Under the pieces are notes generated by a model. The model searched no databases. It saw only the letters and a list, made by a program, of their open reading frames with translations, and had not been told where the DNA came from. The position numbers were made by a program, and so were the translations under genes. A DNA stretch of 64,000 bases from NCBI GenBank assembly GCA_964304625.1, contig OZ199839.1, positions 10,899,186-10,963,185 of the forward strand, written 5' to 3'. Source of the stretch: Kudoa neothunni (taxonomy: Eukaryota; Animalia; Cnidaria). Each line of letters opens with the position of its first letter. The stretch's first letter is position 1. Positions 39,787 to 53,164 of this stretch are shown piece after piece.

Positions 39787-40383
39787 AACTAGTTGAATCT
39801 ATTCAATTTGAATCTAGTTAGCTCATCGGAATCGAGGCATTGAATTTTTTCATATATTTCTGACACTTGATGCCTCCAATTTGACTGGATTCAACTTTGA
39901 ATTCAAATATATTGCATAAAATGGTAAACATAAGTTTTACCAACTTTGAATTTTACAAAATAAAGACGAATAAGCAATAAAATGACCGTATGACAACATC
40001 ATAATATATAAGGAAGAGGGATCTATAACACAAGAAAAATCTCCCCAAAAGCATTATTTTTATAGGATTGTGTAATTTGAACATAAAAATATATTCTAAT
40101 CAATGTCAATATGTGTTCATTTGCACGATATAAGGCCGAGCTGAAATAGAACTTACTGTAATATCTAGGTAGGTTCACACCTATGTTGTATTGGCAATTT
40201 TAGTCGTTTGAGAGTTAAATAGAAAATCTAACGCATCTCCAAAAAAAACAGAGAATACATACATGAAGAAAGAAATTATGTATTTTGATAAATGAAAAAA
40301 ATATTAATGGGAATAAAAAATTTGTCCAGGTCATTACTAAAAAAATAAAAACAATTGGAAAAAATTTAATAAAAATGCCACTC

Positions 40384-42713
40384 TTAATTGTGCACTATTT
40401 CATGTATGATATTTTTTATTGTCATTACGACACCTAAATCAGTGTTAATAACATGGCGGCTATTAAGCGCCTATATTAAGAAATACCTGATACAGATAGA
40501 AAAGCGCCAAACATCATCAAAACAACACAACTAACTATGGTGAGCCAATTGACAGGAGGTCTTCCAGAATATTCATCTTCATGCCAAAACGTTGCCAGAT
40601 AGATCATAGGAGGGAACACCAAGCTGAGACTTGAACAACACATAGCACCAACCAAACTGATAAGATTGTCCAACTGGGGTATAGCTACGGCAGCAATGAA
40701 GGTGAGTGTGACACAGAGAAAAATTATTAAATTCTCTGTGAATTTTTTCTTTCTTGTATCATTAATCCGTTTTTTCACTGAGGGTAGAATAATGCTGGTG
40801 GCGACGAAAAACTGGAGAAAGTAAGTAAGAAAAACGCCTAACGCATAAATCATTTTCACTGAGTTGTATCCACTATACAATAATTTTAAAATATGAATAA
40901 GATTGCATAAGGGTGTATGTAAACAAACATTACTTTGTGTTGGGGATATTAAGGGTGACACTAGGTTGTATTTTATCGCCGTATGCCATATAACCAAACA
41001 GTCCCATACTTATCATAATAACAACCACAACAACCATTGATAATATGACCGTTCGATTATATTTTTCTTTGTTTTTGATTTTGTTATATAAAGGCATAAC
41101 CTAATTAGGTGATGAGATAGATACAAAAAAGTTGTTATTAATTTTTAAACAAACACGTTCTTAATATGTAAGGTGATTTAAAAACCAGCTAATGGTGATA
41201 TATAACTATTTTTGAAAACTTACTGCCGGTATTCCTTCATAAGCATACATAACCGATGTGAAAAACAGCAGAATACTGGAGGTGGATTGAATGTAAGGAT
41301 ATTTTTGATGTATGTCAATACTGCCAAAGATGGCAACAAAAGTTCCCAAAAATCCGGCCAGACAGAATAAATTAGCACATATAGAAAATAGAAGCATGCA
41401 ATGCATATCTTTAACGAATGATATCGGTAGAATAACAAAATACAAAATGGTTATCCATATCCGAACGTCATGAAGAGCGTTAAAGGTCAACTAGAAAAAA
41501 TAATTAGAGTGTACCAGAGGAACTGGTATGACAGAAAAGAGCCTACTTCGTGTAAGGTCTTAGCCATGAATAAAAACAACGTGGAGCATACTCCAAGTTG
41601 GGTGGAAATCAAGAACATATTGATTGTGTAGCTTGTAGAATAATTTTAGATTTGAATCTTTTCAACTTATTACTTACCATACGTACTTGGAACGTTCTTT
41701 TAAATATGGTAGAAATGCATATCGTGCCGTTCCAGCATATCCAATGATTGGTTTTTTATATCTATTGAATAAGAAATTAATTTCCTATTTCACAATATTC
41801 TAGGCATTTAAATTTCTAATTTATTATATCATATAAGAAAATAAATCATTTAAGAAAAACTTCACAAAAAAGATCATCATAGTTGACTATTATAACAAAT
41901 AATTACCTTTTAGATATAACCTTCGAGGACTCAAGAACCATAATGATACAACATATAATAGGAAATGATAGGAGAACCATCACAATAGGGGCAAACTAAA
42001 TTATCATAGTTGAGGTAAAATAAATCAAATAGTATAATTTGATCGTTAAAACTTAAGCATATTACAGATTTTAAAAAACAGTAGTAATAAAAAATCGTTC
42101 AAGTATTTTATTGCTGTCAAATTCCCTGATCAGTAATTAATGTTGGTTAAAAATTATTACCACAATTCCTCCTCTTGATACCGCCTGTGGTAAGGCTAGC
42201 AAACCAGCACCAATGTTCGACTTGACTAAGTGAGTGAATGCGGTCACCAGTCTACCGAAACACACTACTGACCATATCTCAATTAATCAGCACTTACGAC
42301 ATATCTGCCACAGGCAAATATTCAGGAGATTCAAGTTGATTGTCCACCTCGGTAATAAGGTTTTCATCGTCGCAAATATCATCTTCCATAATGCTAGCAC
42401 TTAGAGCATCGTCACTCAACATCCAATCTTGTTCACTGTCACAAATCAGATTAGCACGCATTGTTGACTGGATCACCAGCAGGGTTCTGTGTAGTTAAAA
42501 TCGATTACTATCCACAAATGTGAATATTCTTATATACCAGCAACCTAATCCGTGGAATTATGTGAGTATTCTCGGCTGTACGTTCGTCTCTAAGAAGTAA
42601 CCAGCAAATGACTCACTTAATTCTATCGATAGATTTCCAAAAGCTATTGATGAACTAAGTAATTTTTTGAACATCGACTGAACTAAGCCATACCTACTGC
42701 GAGACGGTATCAT
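40384..42713 (-). CDS. SLC36A: Proton-coupled amino acid transporter (SLC36/Aa_trans family)
   Basis: TAFTHLVKSNIGAGLLALPQAVSRGG; FLISTQLGVCSTLFLFMAKTL; LFFTSVMYAYEGIPA; FGYMAYGDKIQPSVTLN; IPQLDNLISLVGAMCCSSLSLVFPP. Multi-exon; the 5' exons (above ~42480) are tentative. Confidence 0.9.
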
Positions 42714-43497
42714 TTACAATGCCACTACCGATTTTAGTTGTTTGGCTAGTTTGAAAGAACGAGAGATCGCCAATTAATAATATTCAAATTTTGTAATACA
42801 CAAATAATTGAAATCATTTATATTTAAGAAATGGCATGGAAAAATGTATTATTTTACAAAATTAATATAATCCATTGGAGTGGACTTTACAATTGCTTTA
42901 TTATACTGTTTAATCCGAGAAAAATCGGAAAAATATTTATGAGAATTTTATGCTGAATTTATATTTGATTCAAAATTCAGCAAACACCTCAATAATTGTT
43001 AATTATTTTATTTTGAATTAAATTTCTTGAAAACTTGTTGATAAATAGCCATTAAATACCCTTTCTACTTAATATAATTAAAAAATATAAATCGATCAAA
43101 CTTTTATGACGTAGGCATAATTTTTATGGTTAATACAACATGAGAAATTTATTCGCTATATCTTCGATCAACCGTAATCCCATTGTGTGATTTAAATTGA
43201 TTATTTCTATTCAATGGTTTATCTTCAATTCAAGGTCTTAAATATGTTGCTAGCATAGCCACAGTCTTGTTTAGGTATAACTATTTGTGTGGAATTAAAA
43301 GTGTAATGATAAAAAAATCAATGTTAAGTTAATAATTAGATGATGAATTATAATTACCTTTTTATCATAATCCCTTTTTAATGCGATAACATATTGGCCA
43401 AAAACAATAATATTATATGCTTTTATTTGGAGCAATTGAATTATTCGTCAACATAGATTGCAAGAAAATTATTTACAGATCATTTTCTATGTAATGC

Positions 43498-44080
43498 AGG
43501 GGTCGGACACACATGCTAAACTAGAGGATAATAGAGTTTTTAAAAAGTGTGAACGTGATAATATACCGTGATGCGTAATGGCGAGAGCACTTGTGTGATG
43601 TGGCCTGACATGTGGGTGGGTATTCTAAAATGTTAAACGTGATATTCGTTACATCCAAATCACTAATTGATTAAGGTACCGTAGAGAAAACCGTGGTACC
43701 TAGAGTTGGAACTAAAAAACCTTATTGATAAACTCTATAACCAAAAAATAACCACATTAAATACGTAATTTCTAAAATTTAATTTAAATAATTTTATAGT
43801 GCATTAAAGGTAAAGAAAGCATTTTATTGTTATTATTCCTTAAAAAGGGTCTATTTTCTGTTATGGCGCGATCGTTTATTAGTCCAGTTCTGATACCCTA
43901 ACTTTTGTGGTTTCTGTGAAGGGCGAATGTGGTGAAAAAGCGTTAAACATAATGTGTGATGAGAAATCGTGATACATGGTGAATTTCACGTCCATCACGC
44001 TGTATCTGTATCAAGTGCGTGACGTGACACCGTAGAAACCCCAGAAGACAGGCAATAATATATGAAAATCCTTTAGCTGT
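43498..44080. mobile_element. Possible hAT-like MITE remnant
   Basis: Begins CAGGGGTCGGAC and carries clustered CGTGA(T) subterminal-like motifs near both ends. The right terminus is not resolved. Confidence 0.3.
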
Positions 44081-45496
44081 AATGTATTTTTCGTAATACA
44101 ATTGAAACTTGCTTTAGTAAATTGATATTTTGATATTTAGAAACATATTTTTTCATTGTAGCGTGAGAAAAATATAATGAAAGTTCGACATTTTTTATGA
44201 AGATATGGTTAGTTTTATTAATTTTTTATTTCAAAATTTACCTGATTTTAACTATATTTAATATAATATTTTTAAACTTGACTGATGATTCTAAATCGTA
44301 AAAAACAATGATTAGACGTCTCCATTAGTTATAATAAGATTACTATCATACAATCAGTGAAAACAAGTAAAATATTCAATTAACTCCGTTTAATATGTTG
44401 ATAAATTTCTTGATGTATCGGAAAGATCTATGATTATAAGAATCGAGCGAATTATAAAAGTACTGTCTAATAAGAAACAATTAAAACTTATCAATGACTC
44501 CCCTCGCATATTGTATTAGGGAATGTCCCGAAGCGAATTTAGAACATTGGTCTGTCGTTGCCGACCTTCGATCTAAAAAAAATTTATTACGACCGAATTC
44601 TTATAATTAAAATAACATATTTCATTAGGGCAGAGCCTAAAGTTAGCAATATACAATTCCAAATTATTTTTAAAGATTTAAAGAAACAGTGATAACGTCA
44701 GTAATCTGTATGACTATCAATCAAGTCTGAATTCGAGATAATTTGTTGAGCTAAGAAGTGAATTTTCTATAGGTTTCTTTTGGATTAATATCACGCAAAG
44801 CATATTCTCATTATTGGTCTACAGGATATGATAACAAGCAACCGGTTGTTTCAACATTAACTCTCACTCTTCCACCAATTTACGGAGCTATATTTTCTAT
44901 ATGGATTCATTTACGTAACGGCATTAGTTGAATTTTTATGTTTGATACTTCTAATTAGTTTAACCACGCAAAAACACTCTTTTGTTGTTAATGCCGCCAA
45001 AAATAAAATCATTGATCATTTATTCCCTAATTTAATGAAAATCCCAGCTATTTAGGATCCTGTATATTTATAGTGTGTGCAACTGATTAAAGTATTGATG
45101 TACAGCCACATCAAATATTTTCTAATTAAAAAGAAACACCTTTTGGTTTGGAAATTGCTCGAATTTGTTGCATTTAGAAGTTTACCAGTAGTTAATCGCT
45201 AAAAAATGGCATTTTTCAATTAATTAAGATTGTACAAAAGAAAGTTAACATTACATTTTTGGTCATAATAGATAACTGAAAAAATTAATGTCCAAATAAG
45301 TTTTATTTAATAAATATTGTTTCTTGTGCGAAATTAAAGAGGCGGGTTTATTACTTTTTTATGAAGTGTAATTAAAAGCCGTCTTGGATAATCAAAGGTA
45401 TTTAGGCATTTTAAGAGAATAAAATTAAAAATCTTTTTAAATCTTTCCGAATAGCCGTATCATTGATATACTGTATTCTTGTCATTATATGTCAAT

Positions 45497-46290
45497 TTAA
45501 CCTTCTAAGTAAAATGGGGTAGATTTCTACCCCGAATGAATTTTGTCAACAATATTATAGCGTATAAATGGAACATAACTCCCCTCCAGTTTTTGTAACC
45601 ATTTATCTGTCGAAAAGCTTTCAGAAAAACAGCTTCCAACTAGGATTATTTTAAAATATTGATATATGTCATTTTTAAAGATTTACAGAAATTCTATTGA
45701 CTAAATAATGAATAAATAACTGAATACAACGATAGCTCCTCATTTTCTCCTTATCATTATACTAGCTATCCAAAATATGATGACTCTTCGTTAGGTTGTT
45801 TAACTCCTTGTTGTATAGAGTATCCAAAAACATATGTGAAAATTGTTAATCAATATTCTTAGTTTTGTATTGTAGAGAGCCTTAAAAAATCATATGTTGT
45901 AATTGTTCAATATTTTGATAAGTTTCATGTTTTAAATCATTTTTAAAATATATATGATAAATTTTCTGTGAAATAAGCACTGTTTTCCGTCATTTTGTGT
46001 TTTTCCGAACAGTATTACACTGTGTTGTTTAAATGAGATAAATTAATTGACAGCTGTTATAAAACTTGAATTAAATGTTAAAACTAAAAAACCACAGAAA
46101 TACACCTATAAATAAAATCATACTCCAAAAAAACATAACAATATTAATGTTCGCGCAAGCACACATAAAATATAACTTTAATAATTAGCTATTTATTCGA
46201 AATTTACTCTATGAATTTTACTCATATTAAGTCAGTCAATGCCGACATTTAATTGTAGGATGTAAATTTTTCAGCGACTTAAAAGGTTAA
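45497..46290. mobile_element. piggyBac-like MITE
   Basis: TTAA-CCTTCTAAGT ... ACTTAAAAGG-TTAA: a short imperfect TIR with a TTAA TSD. Confidence 0.6.
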
Positions 46291-47096
46291 TTTTGAATAA
46301 AATATTATTTGTATAGCATCGATATCACCTCCCCTCTAATTTATACTAATTACTTCATAAACAAAGAAATTTTTAAATTTCACTCTAATACTTCCCAAAA
46401 AACTGCTTAAATTTTTGTGGACTACATGCAAATAAAAATACTTTTTAGAATCTCTGAATTTCTGGACAGAAATATAGTTCCTACATTACCTAGGAAATAT
46501 ATGAGATTAAGAATAATTTCTAAATAATATAATTTCAATTTACATTAAATATTATAATATGTTATTCTTGACTTAATTTAAAAATAAAAATGTTAAAAAG
46601 GATTTTGATTAAGCTGGGGTATATTTTAATTTCAAACTGCCACTAGTATCCTATCGTCAGGTTCAATATATATTTATATATATATAAAACTTAATTAACC
46701 GAAGCTTTCAACAATTTCAAAAATCAAATGAGTAAGTTTAATAATGTTTCACACTTGGCAAATCAACTTTGATAAGATAAATCGAGATATTTATAAATAC
46801 GAATCAAATCTTAGCACCATGACAAATTAAATATTTATGTGAAAGAAATCTAGGTTCATTATATTTTAATATCTCATGTGCTTTTGATAAAACCCAAGTC
46901 CGCTTAAAACACACCACAAGGATAATCCCGTGGAATTAACTCTAGGATTAAACAAACAAAGCTAACAAATATGTTTTTTCTTTTTAACCTGTTGAAAAAG
47001 TTTTATAAAATTTGTTGGTTAATAGAATTATAAACGAACCGCAACGTAGCATACAATAACAGCTTCCAAAGCTTACACCTATATCTCAATCTAAAC

Positions 47097-47107
47097 GCAT
47101 GCGCGCA
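47097..47107 (+). promoter_or_regulatory. GC-rich NRF1-like proximal promoter motif (GCATGCGCGCA)
   Basis: 35 nt upstream of ATG 47143. Confidence 0.55.
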
Positions 47108-47142
47108 TTCTGTGATACTCAGCAATATCGGTCGGTTGAGCC

Positions 47143-47380
47143 ATGGATGAAGAAGATTATGATCCATCTAACCCTTATAACTACAAACTACCAACGAAAA
47201 TATTAGCATTACCAGCAGTTCTTGTTTTTTCGTTATTTGGTATGTTGCTTCAGCTATCTCATGCGGCCAAGTGCTAATTTTCTGCGTTCTGTAGGATATA
47301 TGATGTATCTTTTATTGAAATACCTAAAAAATAAGGAACTCGCCAAGCAGAACAAAAAGAAACGCATCAAGCGAATGTGA
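47143..47380 (+). CDS. 60-aa single-pass membrane microprotein with basic tail (SMIM15-like architecture)
   Basis: gccATGg context. Exons 47143-47239 and 47295-47380 (55-nt GT-AG intron) give MDEEDYDPSNPYNYKLPTKILALPAVLVFSLFGYMMYLLLKYLKNKELAKQNKKKRIKRM*. Missed by the ORF track. Confidence 0.75.
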
Positions 47381-47664
47381 TATTTTTGATCAAAAAATAC
47401 GACATTGCTTTCTATTTTATAAGTTCATTTTGGATACTTTGTAGTTGTTTACTGCTATGAGATACTCAATTTGGTTATTTTGGACTGTTATTTTTCTTTT
47501 TAAATACAATTATGATTGGTTTTTCGCAATTTATTCAAAAGCTAATTGTAAGTTTTATAAATGGTGACATCGGCAGCAACCTGGTCGGCTAATACTAATA
47601 TGTTGAATTACTTCGTCACTAGGAAGATTTGAATTTAATTGTGTGATTTTATAATTTTAATTGG

Positions 47665-48652
47665 TTGACCCTCGAAGGACCGACTTAAAAAAACTTACGC
47701 GAGGAACCAACTGGGATCATTTTTGATCTCAGTACTTTTTTACTTTTTTAAACAGTTATATTTGTTTGGTCCGTCTAGTTGTTATACTTGTGTGTATTTA
47801 ATAAAAATGGGGTGATAGGATTTCTACCACAGCTAAGTTACGATTAAATGCTTACATCGCTCCGTATGCCATTGTCCATGTTATTTGTATATTAATATAT
47901 ATATATATATATATATATATGTATAATGTCTTAAATAGAGATATACCACTATGTTATAACATTTTCAAGGAGATAACGATAATAATAGGACATCTAATCG
48001 AGTTTTAATGTGAGATTTAAGCATAAGACTCCAAATATTAGATGATTACAATCTCTGGCGCGGCTTGATGGCTTGATAATACGTGTATGCAATTGTAGGT
48101 TAAATTTGATCTTTGTTTATTAGACAGGGAGCGCCCTTCCCAAATAACTTATAATTATTCAGATGTGGAGAGTATAAAACATATTTTTGGCAAAATATAA
48201 ATATATTTTAAAGTTAACAACGGATTTTGTTGACTCTTCTTCTTGATTTAAAGTAAATATTCGATGTATGTTGTCCTTCATTACATTGCTTGTTGAAATC
48301 TCTGGATAATCACCATATCCAAACGGAGTTCATTAGTTCATCGGCGCGAAATCAAAAAATGTATTTATTACGATTCTATCAATATTCTAACGCTTTTTTA
48401 TAATATTTATTATTTTGATACCAATTCGTAACAACTACATTTAAATGAAATAACGAGCACATCGCTTATTAAAAATAAAATATTTAAAACAGTAAATACA
48501 CTTTTTTCTTCATAACCTTATAATTGTAAATTACAGACTATAATTAAGGAATCCAGAATTTTTGAGCCCTCTCATTTAATTCAATATGCGAAAAAAAGTC
48601 AAGTTATCGATATTGGGGTCGTAAGTGAGCCCCGTCGGTCCCACGAGGTTGA
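47665..48652. mobile_element. piggyBac-like MITE (~990 bp)
   Basis: ttgaccctcgaaggaccgac ... gtcggtcccacgaggttgaa form imperfect TIRs. The left end has the same TIR/A-run/second-repeat layout as the 28864 family. Confidence 0.65.
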
Positions 48653-50589
48653 ATGTATCTATCTATGAAAGTATGTTTCCACACGTATTCTCGGCATAGC
48701 CATGGACCCACGAAATTACTCGTGGTTAAATTAATTACTTTAAAAATTTTGAAAATAAAAATAAGTTCTATATTTTCAATTAATTGGCAAAGTCTATTTT
48801 AAACTTATTAATAACTGTGGTGTGTTTGTTAAATAAGGCTTAATGGGAGTTTCGATGAAAAATCAATAAATCACCGCGAACTACTAAGTGAGAAACACGA
48901 TAATAAACGTAAAATGTATTTTATGTCATATTTTATATCTTAATAGATAAAAACAATAATTTCAAGATAATTGTAAAAATAATCAAATTCAATATGAATT
49001 CAGTTTGTTCTTGGGATCAATAGAACTACTTTTTATTAACACATTCGGTGGGAATGGCTATAGATGGGGTAATAATATTCATGTGCCACTAATTTTGATT
49101 ATATTTAATTCCGTTTGATCCCTAATAACAAAGCGGAGAGTTATTCTACAAAATTAAATCAGTACACAGCTTGTATGTAAGGGTGGCAGGGATTAAAAAA
49201 TTGTTATTGCGTTTGCGCCATGTGAAGTTTCAGATTAAAATTTACCAAGCAAATAGACTACTCTGCCTTTGAAAAATGTGGAATTATTACACACCTGCGC
49301 ATTTGAACAAACAGAATTACGTGCTGAAAAATACCATTAACATCCTCTAAGTGTGTTACAATCGAACTAATTGGCGTTAAAATATGACATGAATCCATAT
49401 AAAATTGGACAAGTGAATTAGTGTTTTATGCAATTCTTAGCGCTTATAAAATTTAAAGATATTTCAATAAACATTGTGTAACTTAATTACAACCAATTAA
49501 AAATTGCATTGTCAATTATAAAAAATAAATAAATGAATGAATATTAATATTTATTAATATTAATTGTTTAGGGTTGAATTTAGTCGATCAAACATGTGAT
49601 CGCATCTTCCTTTTGATTCGTTGATTTCACTTAGTGTCTTCAAAAGTTCGGAAGCTTTGCCTAGTTTGTTTTCTAAAAATTATACTGTTATCGTTGTTGA
49701 ATTGTAACCATTGGTTACGTTGTTGCTGAAAGAATTTCCCTTTTGATATTTCTAGAATTTCGTCATCATTCATCAAAATTCCTAAATCATTTTCAATTAT
49801 CTCATGGTTTGTTAAGCCTGAAAACTCTTTCATAATAATCTCTGGGTATAATATCAGTACGTACAAATCCGATTATGTGCGAACCAATTATTATCCGTAA
49901 TTAATGAATTTCCCTTCTTGTATTGACTATTTTGAAATTTTATGATTTGAAAATTACATTAAAAATTGTTTAAAATATAATTGAATAATTAAGTTATATT
50001 CTTTAATTGATATACAGCTTGAGTATTTAGTAAGTACTCACAACAAAATTTTGATAGTAGTTACATGTAAAACTACATTAATCTCTACAAAATAAATTGA
50101 TCTTATGAGGAAAACTAATCACATAAGAAAAGTAATCCCTAAAATGTAACGAACACTTGTAGCGGATATCGGATCATAAAAAATGAAATAAATTTCTAAA
50201 TGACAAAAAATAAATTATCAAAATTATTAACTTAACTTTATGGTAATGTCGTCAAAGTTTAATAGTTAAATTATGTAAATACAAAAGATACTCATAATAT
50301 TTAATGAATTAATTTGATGAATATTAATCAATATAATTATCTCTAAGGGAGCGTTTAATGTTGACATCAACAACAAAAACAAAAAATAAAAATGTTAAGC
50401 TAATATTCTAACCTCTAATTTTCGAATATTACGAAGAAAATAATTATTTCAACATTAATCTATATTTATCTGAAGTGAGTTTGATTACTTGACTCAAGGC
50501 TGAATATTATTTATTTATTTATTTATTAAAATGTTGCTATTGGTCTCATGCATTAGCTAAATTAGTTGTAGTAATAAATTTGTGTAGAG

Positions 50590-53164
50590 CTCTTTTTTTG
50601 TGCTGAATATGGGTAAAGTATCGTTGTTAACTGGATATCACTGTCCCCTATATCTTTATTGAAAATATTTTCATTAAATCAAATTATGATGCCGCATTCA
50701 ATTTTTCAATGGTTATGACTATGTGACGATTTGCTAATAAATAATAGTTTATTATAAAGGTCGATAAGAGAGTACGTACAATATATCAGAATGTACATTC
50801 CCAAGTATTAAAAAAATACTACATTCACTGGGAAATACCCAACCATTGAAAACATTCATATTTTCAAACAGTAAATAAAAAAATTGAAAATTATTATTTA
50901 TTAATTTTATTCTAAGAGCTTGTAAACACGATAACATTGAAGCTATAATAAAAATGATTATTGCTACATATGTAGCCATGCTTATGGTGATACTGAATTA
51001 TATGTTGATAATTTTGTAACCGCTTATTTAGATTGTGACCCTTTATTAAAGAATAAACTGGATTTATTATCAACTACAAAATTAGTACTAAAACTAGAGG
51101 TGACACTTGGAAACAGTTCGGAATTTCTGGAATAGCTGTTCTACTTATCAAGCCACCTTGGGGACATATGGAATGCGCCAAAGCTAGATATTTTCCATGC
51201 TCAAATCACAACTTAAACTTATGCTATTGGATGGTGATGATGATACAAGAGCGCACATGAGCAATGTATCTTGATTCGTCCGTAATTTATAATCTACATT
51301 CATCATTTAGGTGCTATGTGAGAGGACGATGAGAAAACTCATCTATGTAATCTGGTGTTATATATGATACGAGCTTGGGTGAGTTTGAAGTATTTTATTA
51401 AACAATTCACAGAATGAAATAGGATTTATACAATCCATCAGATAGCGATCTTATTGAGAGAGCACGAAAATTTTCCCATAACTATCTTCTCCATCTGGAT
51501 TCGCTAGTGACGTTAGGACATTGGCTGAAATTCAATGTCATCAACTTTGTGTCACAGAAAACAATATTCGCCAATAATCAACGTTTGGATTGCACTTTTG
51601 TACATCGAATCAAACTTCATGCTATCAAATATAATTCAATCTCATTGAGAGGGTTTCTTGCTAGTTACCATTCCGATATTATCACCACTAAAAATAATGG
51701 GCATCGTCCACTAACTAATGAGATAATGGAGGCATTTTTCAATATTTTTATTGAAGATAATTTTTAGAATAAAATTTAGTATATTTATTGTTTCAATCAA
51801 TATCCAAATATCTTTCCAAATTTATCCTTATCCGAATATCACCTTGAACAACTGTACGAATCAGTAGATTATATGAGGTGAAATTAAAATCAACTATTTA
51901 TAGGACATTTTTGACCTGTTTTCTTTTCGATATTGCAATTAAATTTATGCTCAAACCAATAACTGTACATATGAGTTTAATGTATGTGAATTCTTATAAC
52001 AGCCATCGAAATGTACATTTGGATGAACTTTTTTGTATTGGATTGTCGGCTATGGTTCTCAGTGCGAAGTAATTTCTCTCGTTTCGTTAAAATTTGTCTA
52101 TTACTTTTGATCTATTAAGGGCGCTTCAAGATAATGATGTTTGTTTTTGCAGTGATAGATGCCATGTGCTGCATAGATGACATAGAATATATAAACGTTT
52201 ATATGTGATACGTCCACCTATTTTCATGTAGACATTATAATATTCTCCTAGGTTTCTAGCCGAAATGCTTTCCACAAACCCTGAAAACCTTATTATCTCA
52301 CATTATATGCTCCAGCCAATATCCTCTGTAATTATCTTAAGGTAGAGTGTACTATTTGACAAGTAATTATTTGAAAGTGATTATCTAGGTGAACACACTA
52401 TTTCACGAAATAGTAAACTTCTTTTGTGATCTCCTACTATTGAATATCACAAAAATATACTAGTAATTTAATATTTGGTTACGGACGTTGATATAAATGT
52501 TGCTTAGTGACAAACTGATTTATATTTATTATTTTATTGAGGTAGCGTCCATTTAGTCACTTTAAATGGTGGGTTTTCAATTAATGATTAATTTATTATA
52601 ATTATTTTTAGATAACCAAACAAAATTGATAACGAAACTGTTCCATCAATTAAAACTTCCATTTCATTGCCGCAAGGGTGTTTTTACGTAAATTAAAAAT
52701 AAAAGATTCGCCTTATTTTAATTAAGATCGATTAAATATATTTGTGACATTAATTCTCCCATCAATAGATATTTAATGCAATAGTAACTTTTTTTATACA
52801 AGTTTTTAATTGATTTTTATTGAATAAAGTTACTACATGAGGTGTATGCATGACGTTGGCTCGGAGAGAAACCCATTTTCTTCCGACGAATCTAGAATTC
52901 TATTGGCCATAGAAAATTTCCTAAAATTTGATGAGGTTGGTAAATGTTGTATAGTGGCCCCAAAATCATTTACCAATTGTGCTAGTAATCAAACATTTTT
53001 ATCCAAATATAATGTTTATTTTTATTAAGGTTTACCAAGCAAACTCTCATCGACTTCCAAAGGTCCTGAAAATGTCTAACGATACAACATCACCTAATCG
53101 CGCTTCAATCCAAACACCAACCAATTACCTTGAAAAAATATCAAATCAGGATTTCAAATTCTGA
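50590..53164 (+). CDS. Multi-exon gene of unknown function, possible cyclin-box-like segment
   Basis: Chain of exon-like blocks with GT/AG borders (HAYGDTELYVDNF.., DLYNPSDSDLIERARKF.., YESVDYMR|TFLTCFLFDIAIKFML..|..LDELFCIGLSAMVLSAK|ALQD.., ESRILLAIENFLKFDE|VYQANS..*). The boundaries and some junctions are unresolved. Confidence 0.45.

Noticed and set aside
43140-44910. Scattered exon-like blocks on the + strand divergent from SLC36 (e.g. GYDNKQPVVSTLTLTLPPIYGAIF)
   Set aside because: I could not join them into a consistent frame or recognise a family. RNA-seq is needed.
49627-49866. 79-aa minus-strand ORF
   Set aside because: No true ATG start and no motif. It may be a decayed transposase tail but is unsupported.
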